Position numbers and translations under genes: made by a program. Below the pieces are notes generated by a model. The model saw only the letters and a list, made by a program, of their open reading frames with translations, did not search any database and was not told the origin of the DNA. A stretch of DNA of 64,000 nt from assembly GCA_023920165.1 (NCBI GenBank), contig CP089276.1, forward strand, positions 3,534,001 to 3,598,000. Reading direction: 5' to 3'. Shown piece after piece: positions 25,487 through 37,858 of the stretch (position 1 is its first letter; each line of letters begins with the position of its first letter). The stretch comes from Curvularia clavata. Its lineage: Eukaryota.

Positions 25487-27652
25487 CTACAACACAGAAC
25501 TAGTCTCAGGCTTAGTTGTTGTAGGACCCTGTTGCTGCGTAACTCCCTCTGCCTCGCTCGGCGCCTGTTCCTTCGTCGTAGCCGGTGTAGCTGTCGACGT
25601 AGGTGTTGGTGGCGGAGCAGGTACGCTTTTCTTTGCAGCCGCTCTTGGACTCGACATTTCCCAGAACCGCCTCGGCACATTTTTAGCTGGCGGCATGCCG
25701 AGGAAGCCTTTGCCGCCCATGCTTTCCAAGGGCTTTGCCCGGCCTCCTACATAGCAGCCTAAATCGCCGCTCCAGACAAAGCCGCCTCCGACGACGCCTC
25801 GAAGTACGCCAAAGGCACGGGCGTCCCGGTAGGCGATACCGGTTTCTGGGTCACGGTAGCGCGCAATGGTGTTGGTGATGGGACAAAGTTTCTGTCCCGG
25901 CTTGAGTACGATTTCGGCATCGGCCTTGTGAGCAGCGTTCTTTCGGGGTTGCTTGGGAGGCGCAATGAGGGTTTGTTGGATATAATTTGCGGCTTCCGTC
26001 GGAGTCCAGTTGAAGAGTGCTGTGTAGAGCTGTACCAGCGCTGACTTGTCCTTTTCTTTAAGGAGCGACGCACTTGTTCTTGACCGCGAAGATGTCGGGG
26101 CCGGCGCTTCGAGGTTGGGGAAATTGGAGAGGATGAGAAGGTTCCTGAGGGCTCGGCGGATGATCTTGCGACGTGGTGGTGCAGGAGGCAATACGGGCTT
26201 TTGGAATTGGGCGAGCATAGCTTCTGCCGAACTATTGTTGTTTTGCAGTGCTGAAGGGTCGTGAAACGAAGGAGGTAGCGATTGTGAGAGGTGAGGTTGT
26301 GAGGTGGGGTATTGTTGTTGGAATGGAGAAGCTTGCGTAAAAGGATTTGGAGGTAAATCGCCAGGCGCTGGCTGGGACCGTTGGTCCTGAACATAGTGGT
26401 CGATGCCAGAGAGAAATGACGAGTCTTGATTAGGTGGTACAAACATAATATTACCTGGCATGGTCATGCCATGCGACCCCATGAAGACATCCCCACTCTG
26501 AGAAGCTGCCGCTGTCCACGGCATATCTGACAGATCTTGTTGCATAGGTAATGTCGTGGGCACTGGAGGCGTGTGCGACGTCCTCATCGAGGGTTGGCTT
26601 TGGTCTAGGGAACCGAGTAGCGGCTGGTCACCTTCAGCGTGGTTTTCAGGTGGTTGTATCGGCTGCTGTGTGGCGGCGTTTGCTGGTTCTGGTTCTGACT
26701 CTGGTTGAGCAGTTGATGCGTCTGCGGCTGCAATCTCCTTGTTGAGCTTTTCTTCTAGTTCTTCTTGGGTTGGTGCATCTTTGCCAGTATATTTGAGTTT
26801 ATCATCAACCCATATACCTGGCCCACTGTAGTACCGATAGAAAGGCCCATCTATCTGGCGGTTCTTCAGGGCGTCTATCTTAGCTTGTCTCTCAGCTGCC
26901 CTAGCCTCTTCGGCCTCTTCCCACCTGTGCAGCGTCTTCTTGTTTATACGCTCGTTACGGGCGGCCTCTGCGAGTCTCTCCGCCTGTGTTAGAGGCTTCT
27001 CTTTGGACTTTAGTTTTCGGGCCTCGGCGGCCTTCATCATAGCCAGGGTGTCATCGCGCCTCCGGTCCTTCTCCTTCAGTTTGGCGAGTGTGGCGTCCTT
27101 GTTGGCGATGGTCTGCTTCCGGTTGGACATTCGTACAGGACCGTCCTCTTCGGTGGGTAGCCATGATGCGCGCTCTGATTTCTTCTTGGGCCTTGGCGGG
27201 GCAAGCGAAGGAGATTGGGTGCGGGGGACGTGAAGCTTGACTCTCTTGTGCGCAGCGGCGGCGCTTCTCGCAGCAAAGGGATTTGTTGCAGCCTTGCGCT
27301 TCTTGTTCCTCTCTTGACGCTCAGCCCTGCGCAATTCCCTCTCTCCAGCATCGTCGTCGTCAGCACCCTCATCTTCGTCTTCCGAGGATGACGAGTCCAA
27401 GTTGTAGTCGTCGTAGGCATCGGCCTGGTCGCCCTGGAATTCCTCCTCGTCCGGAGCCTCGTCCCATTCCTCTCCCCACTCGTCGTCGCCCTCTGCCGAT
27501 TTGGCAAGCAGGGTGGACATGCGGTTGCCAGCATTGGACCGCCGGGCCCGAGTGGTAACCATGAGCTCGACGGGCGCTTCGCCATCGCTCTCGTGGTCGG
27601 ATGGCGACGGTGGGGCGTCGTGCATGGCTACATCAGGCGCGGCGTCCGACAT
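25487..27652 (-). CDS. VPS72: Vps72/YL1 (Swc2) SWR1 complex subunit
   Basis: RARRSNAGNRMSTLL, acidic tract, LTQAERLAEA..NE..N, YL1_C motif CPITNTIARYRDPETGIAY. Confidence 0.92.
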   Translation of the reverse strand: MSDAAPDVAMHDAPPSPSDHESDGEAPVELMVTTRARRSNAGNRMSTLLAKSAEGDDEWGEEWDEAPDEEEFQGDQADAYDDYNLDSSSSEDEDEGADDDDAGERELRRAERQERNKKRKAATNPFAARSAAAAHKRVKLHVPRTQSPSLAPPRPKKKSERASWLPTEEDGPVRMSNRKQTIANKDATLAKLKEKDRRRDDTLAMMKAAEARKLKSKEKPLTQAERLAEAARNERINKKTLHRWEEAEEARAAERQAKIDALKNRQIDGPFYRYYSGPGIWVDDKLKYTGKDAPTQEELEEKLNKEIAAADASTAQPESEPEPANAATQQPIQPPENHAEGDQPLLGSLDQSQPSMRTSHTPPVPTTLPMQQDLSDMPWTAAASQSGDVFMGSHGMTMPGNIMFVPPNQDSSFLSGIDHYVQDQRSQPAPGDLPPNPFTQASPFQQQYPTSQPHLSQSLPPSFHDPSALQNNNSSAEAMLAQFQKPVLPPAPPRRKIIRRALRNLLILSNFPNLEAPAPTSSRSRTSASLLKEKDKSALVQLYTALFNWTPTEAANYIQQTLIAPPKQPRKNAAHKADAEIVLKPGQKLCPITNTIARYRDPETGIAYRDARAFGVLRGVVGGGFVWSGDLGCYVGGRAKPLESMGGKGFLGMPPAKNVPRRFWEMSSPRAAAKKSVPAPPPTPTSTATPATTKEQAPSEAEGVTQQQGPTTTKPETSSVL

Positions 27653-29707
27653 GTTGGGCGGTGATGGGACGTCAAACGGCGAGCGCCGATGTTGGCAGGG
27701 AAGGTGGACGCGAGCAGGGACGGGAGCCTGAGGCAGATGGAGTTGGATGGGTTGGTGGGAGGGGTGACGTTTCTTCCAGAAGAGTTTCCATTCGAGGGCG
27801 GGGATGATGGGGTCGCGCAGGTGAGATTACGCGGGCCGGAACATTTTTGTTTCAAGGGCCGTTATTGGGAGGGCGGCAAGCGCAAGGGCGCAGGTGTGGT
27901 GGCTGTTGGACGTGGAGAAGGATGAGAAGGTGTCGCAAACGCGGGTGTGCATGACGCGACGGACGATTCGAGCTGGCTGCCAAGACAGCGGATAGAGGCT
28001 TGGCATGACTCGAGGCGGATGGAGGGAGAGGGTGCGTATGCGAGCGATAAACGGCAGTTGGACGGGCTCCTAGTATGTCACTTGGAGGCCGCTTGCGAGG
28101 CCATCTTACGCCAGCCTTGTCTATGTGCATGCCATGGCAGGGCAGGGCGGCATGACTGCAATGCTCTATGCAATGCGTCCGGCGTGTGGCCGTCTGATCT
28201 GACACGCGCTGCTGCACGGGGCGGGCCCAGCGCTCCTGTAGCCACAGTCCGTCTGCTGTTGAGCGTGGCCGTCGACCAGCGAGCAGGCTGCTGAAGACAG
28301 GCCCGTGGCGTCTCTGCCAAAGTTTCATGGGCCCCAACTGCACAAGATTGACTGCTGGCGGCGCGGGGCCAATGAGGGCGGCCAACGCGCAGAGACACAC
28401 AAGTGTCCACGTCAGATGGTCGACTGACGGCCTTTCTCGACGCGCCTCTGTGTTTCAGACACTGCGGGCATCCACGCCCGTCTTCCGCGGCCATCCCGGA
28501 GGCCATGTCCGCAAGGGCGCGAGTGCATACCCCTGAAATCTGTGCAAAAGCAATGCGCCGCCGTTGCCTAGTAAGGAGTCGTCGACGCTGTGGGTGGTCT
28601 TGTATAGTGGTAGATGGGTCGTGGTCGTGTTAGTAGCCGTGCCGGTAGTCGTAACGGTAAACTGTACAACGGTAGCAAAGTGTAGTAGCAGCGACACGAC
28701 AAGCCAAACAAAACAATCGCAGTATCAGCACCACGACTACCACCACCAGCACCCTCGAAACCTACTCTGGCCCATCAGCACAAGCGGCCGCTTCAAGCAC
28801 AATCCTGTCGAGCTCCAGCGCCCGCATCGTGGCCGCAACCTGTAACGTGCCTGCTCTGGCAGCCCACGCCCGATCCGGCTAGTTCCCTCGTGTTCCTGGC
28901 CTGGCTCCCCATTTCTATCAAGCGAAACCTCACCCAAACCCTCCCACCGCGCATCATCTCATTGCTCATCGCTCCCTCTCCTCCCCCCTCCTCCCTAGCG
29001 GTACCCAGCTGTCTCGGCCATCCTCTATGAGCTCGAATGCTTAATCGGCCTTCTGCTTAATCCCTATTACTTCTGTTCTCCAGGCACTCCGGTGATCTGT
29101 CTATTCCCGCCCGCCTGCTGTACAGTTCCACGCCCCATAATCCACCCACCAGCCCACCCCCAGAGGCTCGCGACCGTCTTCCGATTGCGCACTGCCGCAC
29201 TCCTCCGTCACTCCTTCTCTGCACCCCGCCCCCTTCGTCGACGCCACCACTGCTGCTGCTGTACATAAACGCCCGCAAAGCTTGCCCTTTTGCTCGCCTT
29301 GCCCTCTCGCCTAGTTTCAGGCTGCCTGCTCCGCCCTTTGGTCAGCTTTAGCCGTCTGCTGCAACGTCGCCCGAAGCCGGCCTACACTCGGCGCCGAATT
29401 GAAGCATCGCGAGTACACCTCTGCCCGTTGCCGACAATCGCGCACCATCCGGACTGGATCCAATCGCCGCCCTCTTTGTCGTCACCAACTGCAGCCCCTC
29501 GGCACCCTACCCACTTTGCACTCCATTGCCCTGAAAGCCGAGCCGAGTCTTTGCTGGCAATAATCCTCTCTGCCTCACGTTCCTTTGGCCGGCACCAACC
29601 TGCGTTTATATTTGGAATCAATTGACTCTGGTTGCTGGTGTCCGAGTCATCACAACCAGCTTTTCCGCATTAACTTATCGCCGTTACAACAGGGTCTGTA
29701 ATCCATA

Positions 29708-32700
29708 ATGGCTCCTCCCTCCAACCGCCCCGACCACCACATCAACCTCAACTACATCCCTCAGCTGCCCCAGGCACCCCTCTCAGGCTCCTCCTCGACC
29801 GGTAACACGTCCCCTGTAGAGCCTCCCAACAGCGGCTCCCTCCGCTTCTCTGGAAACCCATTGGGCGCTGCAGCTGCCAGCACAAGACTGGGCGCAGGCT
29901 CTCCATCGCACGACTATGGCGGTAGACTCTTTTCTAAACGGTTTGTCCCACCTCTGAAACAAGGCACGACTCGGGCTAATCCACAATGACAGTGCACGCG
30001 AGATCCAGGCGCAGGAAGGCTTGAATCCACAGATGTGGGGCCCTCCCACCAGTGGTAACTCGACTCCATTGCGCGAGACCATCCCAGAGTCTCCCAACAG
30101 CGAGAATCTGAGCTTCCCCGATTTCACCAACTCCGCCGCAGAGGCGGTTTCTGCTGCCCCCGCAGGTCGCCGTGCCCGTGCCGGCACTCTCCCTTCGCGT
30201 TTCTCTCCCTCTGCTGCGCCCCCGGGCCTCATGTCTGCCTCGTCACTGCTCTCAAAGAGCTCGCGACCGACTCCCTCCACCAGCCCATTCAAGCCTGGTC
30301 CAGGTACACCCACTGATACCGCAAACTTCAACGCTCTTGGGTCTACAAATGCTGCGGCCAAGTCTGCATTGCTCTCCCGTCTCCGTGCTGGCTCCATGCC
30401 GCAACGCCCGGGCTACCTTCCACCCTCTGTCTCTCCTTTTGGTAACCCCATCTTTGCCAATGGATGGTCAAACAGCCGTGACCGCAGCAGCACCCTCCAG
30501 AGCATTGCTTCGGTACCCTCCAATGGACCAGGCTCTCCGAGGTCCTCCTTCTCTCGTGACTCCCTTGCTGATACCGACGTCAAGACTCTCGACTACCTTG
30601 GCTTGGTGGATACTCCTCAGCCCGCACGAGCTACTTTGGCTCCGTCAGACATTGAGCTTCTACTGGAAAGCCAGCGGAATGCAAACAGCCACAACACCAA
30701 CAGCGTGAACCGCTTCCGTTCCTACTCTGTCAATGCAAAGGAAAAATATGCTGAAGACGAGGAGGATCAGTACGGTGCCTACAGTGGTGCCATGACCCCT
30801 GCTGAAGCAAACGCACTCCTCATCCATGAAGCTGTTCGCCAGCACAACCTTGAAGTTCAGGCGTTTGCCAACATTGCTTCCAACGCTCGCCCCAGAGCTC
30901 GCACTGCCGGTGTGCTGGATGCTCCCTCGCGCGGTGGAATGCGCCCTTACTTGCCTGCTATGGGACGCTTCGACAACGGCATGGGAGCTGGTGACATGAC
31001 AGAGGATGCAGAGTACAATCTCACCGAAGCCGTCAAGAAGCTTCATTTGCCAGGCTCCAACTTGGGAGACGATGGAACCCTGGAAGGACCCACTCGATCG
31101 CTGTGGTTGGGCAACATTCCCTCTTCGACCACCGTTTCGTCGCTTCAGGTCATCTTCGCTCAGTACGGCAACATCGAGAGTACACGCGTTCTTACCCACA
31201 AGAACTGCGGTTTCGTTAACTACGAAAACCTCGAGAGTGCCGTTCAGGCCAAATCGACTCTGAATGGAAAGGAAATCTTCCCTGGTGCTGGTCCTGTGCG
31301 CATTGGCTATGCTAAGATTCCAAGTGCAGCAGCAACCCCTGGTCACAATGGCCTTTTCCCTTCGCCAAGCCCTGATCCGCTCTCCAAGGGCCAGGCTGAA
31401 GGTGCCGCTGGTACTGCGTCTGCTGCCAAGTTGAACACCGCTCCTGCAAACGTGCCTTTAACCACCCCAGAGCTCAGCGACATCCGTAACGACATCATCC
31501 AGATTGTGAAAGATCTGGGCGCTACAGATGAAGAGCAGACAAGCATCTCCTCCAAGGTCGAGAAGGCTGTTCAGTTCAACAACTATGTCGACGAGATCCC
31601 ATCAGTTGAAGAGCCAAGCCACACACGCATCCATGATGCTCCCAGACTGCGCGAGATCCGCAAGCGCATCGACAATGGCTCCTGCTCAAAGGAAGACATT
31701 GAGAACATCGCCATGGCAATGCTTCCCGAGATTGCTGAGCTGTCTTCCGACTACCTCGGTAACACTGTCGTTCAGAAGCTGTTCGAGTTCTGTGAAGAGC
31801 CCACCAAGGAAGCTATGCTCCGCGAGATTGCTCCTCACCTGGCCAAGATTGGTGTGCACAAGAACGGAACTTGGGCTGCCCAGAAGATCATTGATGTTTC
31901 CAAGTCTGAGACTATGCAGAAGATGGTCGTTGACGCTGTTCGACCTTACGCCATGGCGCTCTTCCTCGATCAGTTTGGCAACTACGTCATGCAGGGATGT
32001 CTCAAGTACCAGCAGTTCAATGACTTCATTTTCGAGGTCATGCTCGGCAGGCTTTGGAACCTCGCCCAGGGCCGATTTGGCGCTCGTGCTATGAGGGCTT
32101 GTCTAGAGAGCCACTATGCTACCAAGGACCAACAGCGAATGGTAGCGGCTGCAATTGCTCTCCACAGTGTCCAGCTGGCTACCAACGCCAACGGTGCTCT
32201 CCTCTTGACCTGGTTCCTTGACACCTGTACTTTCCCAAGGAGACGTACAGTCTTGGCTCCTCGTCTCGTCCCACACATTGTCCATCTCTGCACACACAAG
32301 GTCGCGTATCTTACTGTTCTCAAGATTATCAACCAGCGCAATGAGCCAGAGGCTCGCGATACTATTCTGCAGGCACTCTTCTTCTCGCCCAACGACCAGG
32401 TACTGGAAAGCATCTTGGCTGATCAGAACTGTGGTGCTACTTTGATCTTCAAGGTGCTCACTACGCCTTTCTTTGATGAACAGATCCGCGCCGATGTTGT
32501 CCAGAATGTACGCAATGTGCTCCTACGCATCAAGGCGCAGCCACAACAAGGCTACAAGCGACTCATGGATGAGGTTGGTCTGTCCACTCGTGGCGGACCT
32601 GGTCCACGTGACCACTCCGCAACCCGCCCAGCGTCCAAGGACAGCGTTGCGTCTGCGGCAGCCAACGCCGGCAACTTCTACCAGGGTCCTGCCCCCGGCT

Positions 32701-33107
32701 TCGACCCCGTTGCGCTCCAGCGCACAACTAGCATGGACTCCAACGGCTTTGAGCAGTTCCCCATGGGCGGCTACATGCCCAACATGCCGGCCATGAATAA
32801 CCAGCAACAGATGCAATACCAGCAGCTTCTGGCCCGACAGGGTCAATTCTATCCTCAGATGAACGGCTTCCAACCACCAGTTCCTGGCATGGACGCTTAT
32901 CGTAATGCTTCGCCAGTTGCTGGCCCTGGCAGCTTCAATGGGTCGCCAATGATGCAGCCAGCTAACCTCGCTGGTCAAGGTATGCCAGGCATGTATCCGC
33001 CCTATGGCATGTACATGCCACCTCAGCACCAACAGGCGGCCGGCGGTAACCAGCGCCGTGGCAGAGTGAGCAGAAATGCCTCACCTGCGACGAGCATTCG
33101 TCGTTAA
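29708..33107 (+). CDS. JSN1: Jsn1/Puf1-Puf2-type RNA-binding protein (RRM + Pumilio repeats); intron 29941-29992; a further terminal intron near 33066 is possible, so the 3' end is uncertain
   Basis: RRM PTRSLWLGNI..KNCGFVNY; PUF repeats DYLGNTVVQKLF, HKNGTWAAQKII, DQFGNYVMQ, GRFGARAMRACL; Q/M-rich tail. Confidence 0.93.
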
Positions 33108-33849
33108 CGTGTTCGAGATGAATGTCTCATGCTTTGGCAAGGAGGAAAAGGGTGGGGTGGGTAGGGATGAACTCAACTCCCTCAAAGTATCATTATGTTT
33201 TTCTTTTTCTCGGGACTTTTTTTCTCTAGATTTTGCCGGTCTTGCAAAAAAGGGAAAGCAGTACCATCTTCCTGTATATGATTGTGGGATCTGTATGTGT
33301 GTTCATGTGGCGCTTTTTTTTTTGATTGATGTATCTGGCTGGGCGAAGAAGCATTTATTTGAAAACGATAAAACGACGCGACATAACACGATGATAAACA
33401 TGTTCCATGTTCTTTGCCGGTCTCTCTTGTTGTGTCAGTACGTTCCCATTCACGTGCTTTGCTTGGTGTTCGGTTGGAAAACTGCGCAGATGTGAGGGAG
33501 GAATTTAACGACTCCCTCTTTTTATCACTCATCTCTCATTGTACAGAAAAAGTGTCCATCTGGTGTATTAGTGTATTCGTTTTTGCTTGTCTATGGATGG
33601 GTGTATATTTTTCTTTATTGAGTTGTGTTTCGTTCGTTCGTTTAACGGAGAAATATACGTATGCGTAGGGTTTGTAGTGATGTTTTGAGAGAGAGCAAAC
33701 CAAGATGACAGCAGGTTTCTTTGCTATATCGCTTATTTATCTTTCCTTTTTTTAAAAACTATATGCAAATAGGAAATAGGTTTATTACACAACATAAGCA
33801 CTCGTTACCGAATAAAAAAGTAGAACCCACTTCAGCAGCACGCTCTCAA

Positions 33850-34560
33850 GCCACCTTTGCTGTTCCCTATTGCAGATTTTTATATGCTATTGTCACCGCT
33901 TTCAGCTTTTCTATCGCTAGTTTTCTTAGAGTCGCTGTTGCTCGGGTGTTCGTCTGATTTTCACAGTTTCGTTGCACGCAAGCTTCGGCGGATCTTCCTT
34001 GAAGACAAGAAAGACAGCACCCCCATTGATATTCTTTACGCTAATTACTAGAGATTTAGCGTCTTAATCATCAGCTTCTGCTTTCTTTTGGAGTGTTGAG
34101 CCCTTGTTGTAAACCCGTATTTCGGTTGTTAAAGCAGCTTGTTGCTAATCTGTAGCAAGTCGTATGCTTTGTGACAGCCTTTTTGGCTTCAACTTTTGCC
34201 TCATTATTGACTTCGCAGCTTCAAGAAATCTTGCGCAGCTGAAGCCATATATTGCTAATTGTGTGCTCTCAGGGTTTTCATGTCTTTGTTTTATCGTTGT
34301 GGGTAGTCATTTAAAGCGTTTTAGCATCCTTAATCAAATGAGCTGTCAAGCAAGTTGCGACTCCGCAGTTGGGGGGTTTCCTAGCTGAGAGGTTGATATT
34401 CATCTACTTGGGCATAGTTGCTAGAATAGTAGCTCTGTTCTTTACTAAAGATAAGGATATGGCGACATCACAATATAAAAGGGTAACATCTAGGCAGTAT
34501 TTCAAATAAGTACTTTGCAAATTGTTAGTAGGAGGCGATGGCGAGTGCGCAGCTATTCTT
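33850..34560 (-). mobile_element. Degenerate pogo/Fot1-like (DDE-1) transposase relic; boundaries approximate
   Basis: Minus-strand frameshifted fragments MLKRF, WLQLRKI, KRLSQSI and RKEY-GGAVF-S-RKIR-EA (33976-34040), recalled as typical of the C-terminal part of Pleosporales pogo-like transposases; many stops, AT/TpA-rich. Confidence 0.6.
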
Positions 34561-34597
34561 TAAAGCATCGATTCCAATCTGCTACTAAGCCTTCCTA

Positions 34598-36463
34598 TTA
34601 ACCACTGTACCTCCCCCAGGCAAATTTCGGCATCGCATATCTAGTGTTGGGTAGATCTAACATTGATTTTAGTTTCAGTCTACCTATCTTATCAAATAGC
34701 CAATAGTCGAAATCCACCAGATCTTCAACTCGAATACCTGCGTTGTCTGTAATATATCTATCAGCACCCTTCTCTATAAGCATATTGAAGCGACCCGGAT
34801 TAGATCTGGGGCCAATTTTCTTATTAACAGATACCATACTGTCAATGGCTTTCCGCAGTGGTGTTGCTCCTATTTCATCTTTAGCCTCCAGGTTGGCGCC
34901 GTAGTCCAGCAAGAGCGCCGTCATGGCCGATATCTGGGGCTCCGTGGGTGTTTGAATAGCCCTAGAGGCTATTACCATGTGTAGTGCAGTTTCTCCTGCT
35001 ACTGTAGCAGCGTTGACATCTGCGCCTTGCTCAAGCAGAAAGCGGATGAGATTTATATCGCCTTTCTGCGCTGCTCCATGCAAAGCTGTTCGCCCATCAG
35101 ATGCTGTGGCTTGGATGCTCGCGCCGTTTTTGAGGAGTATCTGAGCCGTTTGGAGTCGAGGGGTCGATGTCGCCATGTTCCATGACTCTTCTGACACATA
35201 GATATGTGAAGTCAACTCATGCCTTCTGCAAGTCGCGAAATGAAGTGGTGTCCATTGGTTCTCTGTGGCAACTTCATTCACGCTTGAACCGCTCGAGATC
35301 AGAAGATCTACCACATCTGCGTGCACTCCATGACATGCCGTGTGGAGGGGCATCTGTCCCTGGTCGTCTTTGGCCGAGATATCTGCCCCAAGATTACAGA
35401 GGAACTCTGCAATTGCCCGCGTTTGCGCAAGGTGGAGCGGTGTGCGCAAGCTCTGGTCCGTGACTTTGTAGCTAGCTCCAGCCTCTACCATGGCTTTGAT
35501 AATCTCGATTTCTTTGACGTATGTGAGAGCGACCATGATAGGAGACGGATGATACTCGCCAATATCGTCATCTATACGCGGCCCTTCATCTACGCGCAGT
35601 CCCTTCAATAACAGAAAACCTAGGACACTCTCAAGATCAAAGCTCGGTACAGGATATGTGAGCAGCCAGAAGCGAGTCATGTCGGTTTCTGACACTGTGG
35701 CGTTGATGTCAGCCCCGTGGTGGACGAGACTCTGAAGCATGGATAAGAATCGCTGGGACAAGTTTTGGTACCTGTCCGGGCTTCTCTGATAGAGACATTC
35801 GCGACAAAAATGGTCGCAACAATACTCCTCTAGCGCCATGAAAAGAGCCTCTGTCAGAGAGACTCCATCTTCAATAGCGTTGAGGTCCGGAAAGCCAGCG
35901 ACATGCGTAAGAAGTAGTTCGACAGCTTCTGTGTGCCAACACTGCGCAGCGCTCATCAAAGCTGTGCGCACATACTCTTGTCTTGTGCCGTGCAACGAGT
36001 TGTCCTTGTTGAGCTCCTGAAGAATGATCGTCATGCAGTCTGTCCGGTTCAGAGATGCTGCCAAAACCAGGGAATATGGCGACACTGCGACCCCATGATC
36101 AATCAGAACCCTCAGGGACTTGCATGATCCAAGCCAGGCTGCAAGGTCAACAGCGGGATGTGGAGGATCAACTGCGGTGTCTGAGTAATCCAGTTTCTCT
36201 GGATCTGCCCCGGCTTCAAGAAGTATCTTAACAGCCTCAGCATGATCACCTTGTATAGCAAGATGAAGTGGTGTACATTGATTATAGGTATCATAATCGT
36301 CGATATTCTCCGCAGTGTGTACAAGCGATGTGAGTTTAGAGATGTCCCCTTGTTCGGCTGCCTTGTGAACGGGCAGGGTATCGAAGGATTCCTCGGCCTG
36401 CGCAACTCTGTCCGCTAAAGTTTTTCCGCCGTGGTTGATTCCTTCTAGATCCGAATTTTCCAT
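34598..36463 (-). CDS. Multi-ankyrin repeat protein (intronless, 621 aa)
   Basis: Repeated TPLHLA, MPLHTAC, TPLHFA, TALHGAA, TALHM and LL..GA motifs. Confidence 0.92.
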   Translation of the reverse strand: MENSDLEGINHGGKTLADRVAQAEESFDTLPVHKAAEQGDISKLTSLVHTAENIDDYDTYNQCTPLHLAIQGDHAEAVKILLEAGADPEKLDYSDTAVDPPHPAVDLAAWLGSCKSLRVLIDHGVAVSPYSLVLAASLNRTDCMTIILQELNKDNSLHGTRQEYVRTALMSAAQCWHTEAVELLLTHVAGFPDLNAIEDGVSLTEALFMALEEYCCDHFCRECLYQRSPDRYQNLSQRFLSMLQSLVHHGADINATVSETDMTRFWLLTYPVPSFDLESVLGFLLLKGLRVDEGPRIDDDIGEYHPSPIMVALTYVKEIEIIKAMVEAGASYKVTDQSLRTPLHLAQTRAIAEFLCNLGADISAKDDQGQMPLHTACHGVHADVVDLLISSGSSVNEVATENQWTPLHFATCRRHELTSHIYVSEESWNMATSTPRLQTAQILLKNGASIQATASDGRTALHGAAQKGDINLIRFLLEQGADVNAATVAGETALHMVIASRAIQTPTEPQISAMTALLLDYGANLEAKDEIGATPLRKAIDSMVSVNKKIGPRSNPGRFNMLIEKGADRYITDNAGIRVEDLVDFDYWLFDKIGRLKLKSMLDLPNTRYAMPKFAWGRYSG

Positions 36464-37858
36464 CGCTGTGCGTTACCTCGGCTGGGAGGAAGAGGAAGAG
36501 TCTGATTTTTCGCGAGGCGGCAATGTTATCTCGTATACGAGACGTGGCGAGCGGCGCACAGACGAGACACTGTAGTATGTCGGTGAGTTGTTGTGTGCGT
36601 GTGTTCTCCATGGGCTGTACGCAGATATTATCGAAGATAAGGGGCAATTGTGAGATCAACAGTTTCCAGTTAAGAATTCGTGTTGTTTCTATCTTGCGAC
36701 CATACCCTTCCGAATAGCTAGATTGCGAAGTCACTACGACCCTACAAGTCAAGTGCTTCGGAACAGCCGAGCAGGGGTACTCTTTACTGGATTCAAGGCT
36801 TACTAGACAATGACGTGAAACACATTGCAAAATCCAATATCTGTGAGTTTAAGCTAAATAATGCAAGACGGCTACTAGATAGGAGCCAAAGGCAATCTCG
36901 ACAAGGGCGTCGTTATTCTCGACTGGTGTTGTCATGAGCGGCTTCAAAGACCGAGTGGGTGGAGGACGTTCAGCTGTAGAGAACGACGGTGCTTACTGTG
37001 ACACGCATCTAATCACGACCTGAACCAAAATGCATGAATCGCGTCAGTCGCGAGCATGCTGGACGTACTTGACGATGCGAGTATTTCCTGAAGGTGCAAG
37101 TCCAGCAGCCATTAATGAACCTCATGCAGAGAAGTATTACAGATGTACTGCATTGCCTTGTTGGGTCTTTGAGTCTACTAAATCTCTCCCTATTGACTGT
37201 CGCACGGGATGTAGAGGTGTTTGCAGGCGAGAGCACAAGTGGATATCAATGATTCTATGACGATATTCGATGTGGCTCGATATTGATTAAGGATTTGTTT
37301 TTCAAGACGATGGAGACAGTCCCGAAGAGGCTATGGCATGCAGTGATCTTGCGATGAAGGTGCTTTAAGGCACAAGCTCGATATCGGAAACAAATGACAG
37401 CCCATTGCATGTAGCAGATAAAGCGGTGTAGTGAACGTGATTACAGTTGATGCAGCTTCCAGTCAGAATGAGACGAAACAGGACATGAACATCACCATAG
37501 ATTTGCGACAGTGAGCTGTACATTCAGAATAGGTGAGTGACGAAGTGAAAGCTGAGCTGAGCCACTATGACGCAGAAGAGAGGCGTGACTGAAGATAGAA
37601 CGTGACGAGGCTGAATCTTGTCTGGTGACAAGTGGTGAGTGGAGGACGGCGAGCAGGTGCCTTGGAGGGGTGACGGCCTTGTATCAGGTCGCGCGCTATA
37701 CGCTATACGGCACCAGGCACCATCGACCCCGCCGCCCCTCCAAGGCGCCGTGAGTGTACAAACACACTACTACACACCGACACACCAAACACCAGAGTTC
37801 GTGCGACACAAAATCAGACACTCTATTTCAACCTGACTCCACTCGACCTGATATCGCT

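Noticed and set aside
27852..29625. GC-rich ORFs between VPS72 and JSN1
   Set aside because: Low-information translations typical of promoter/long 5' leader sequence
30172..33032. Long antisense and alternate-frame ORFs inside JSN1 (similarly in VPS72, PIK1, ECM14)
   Set aside because: Shadow ORFs expected from GC3-biased coding sequence
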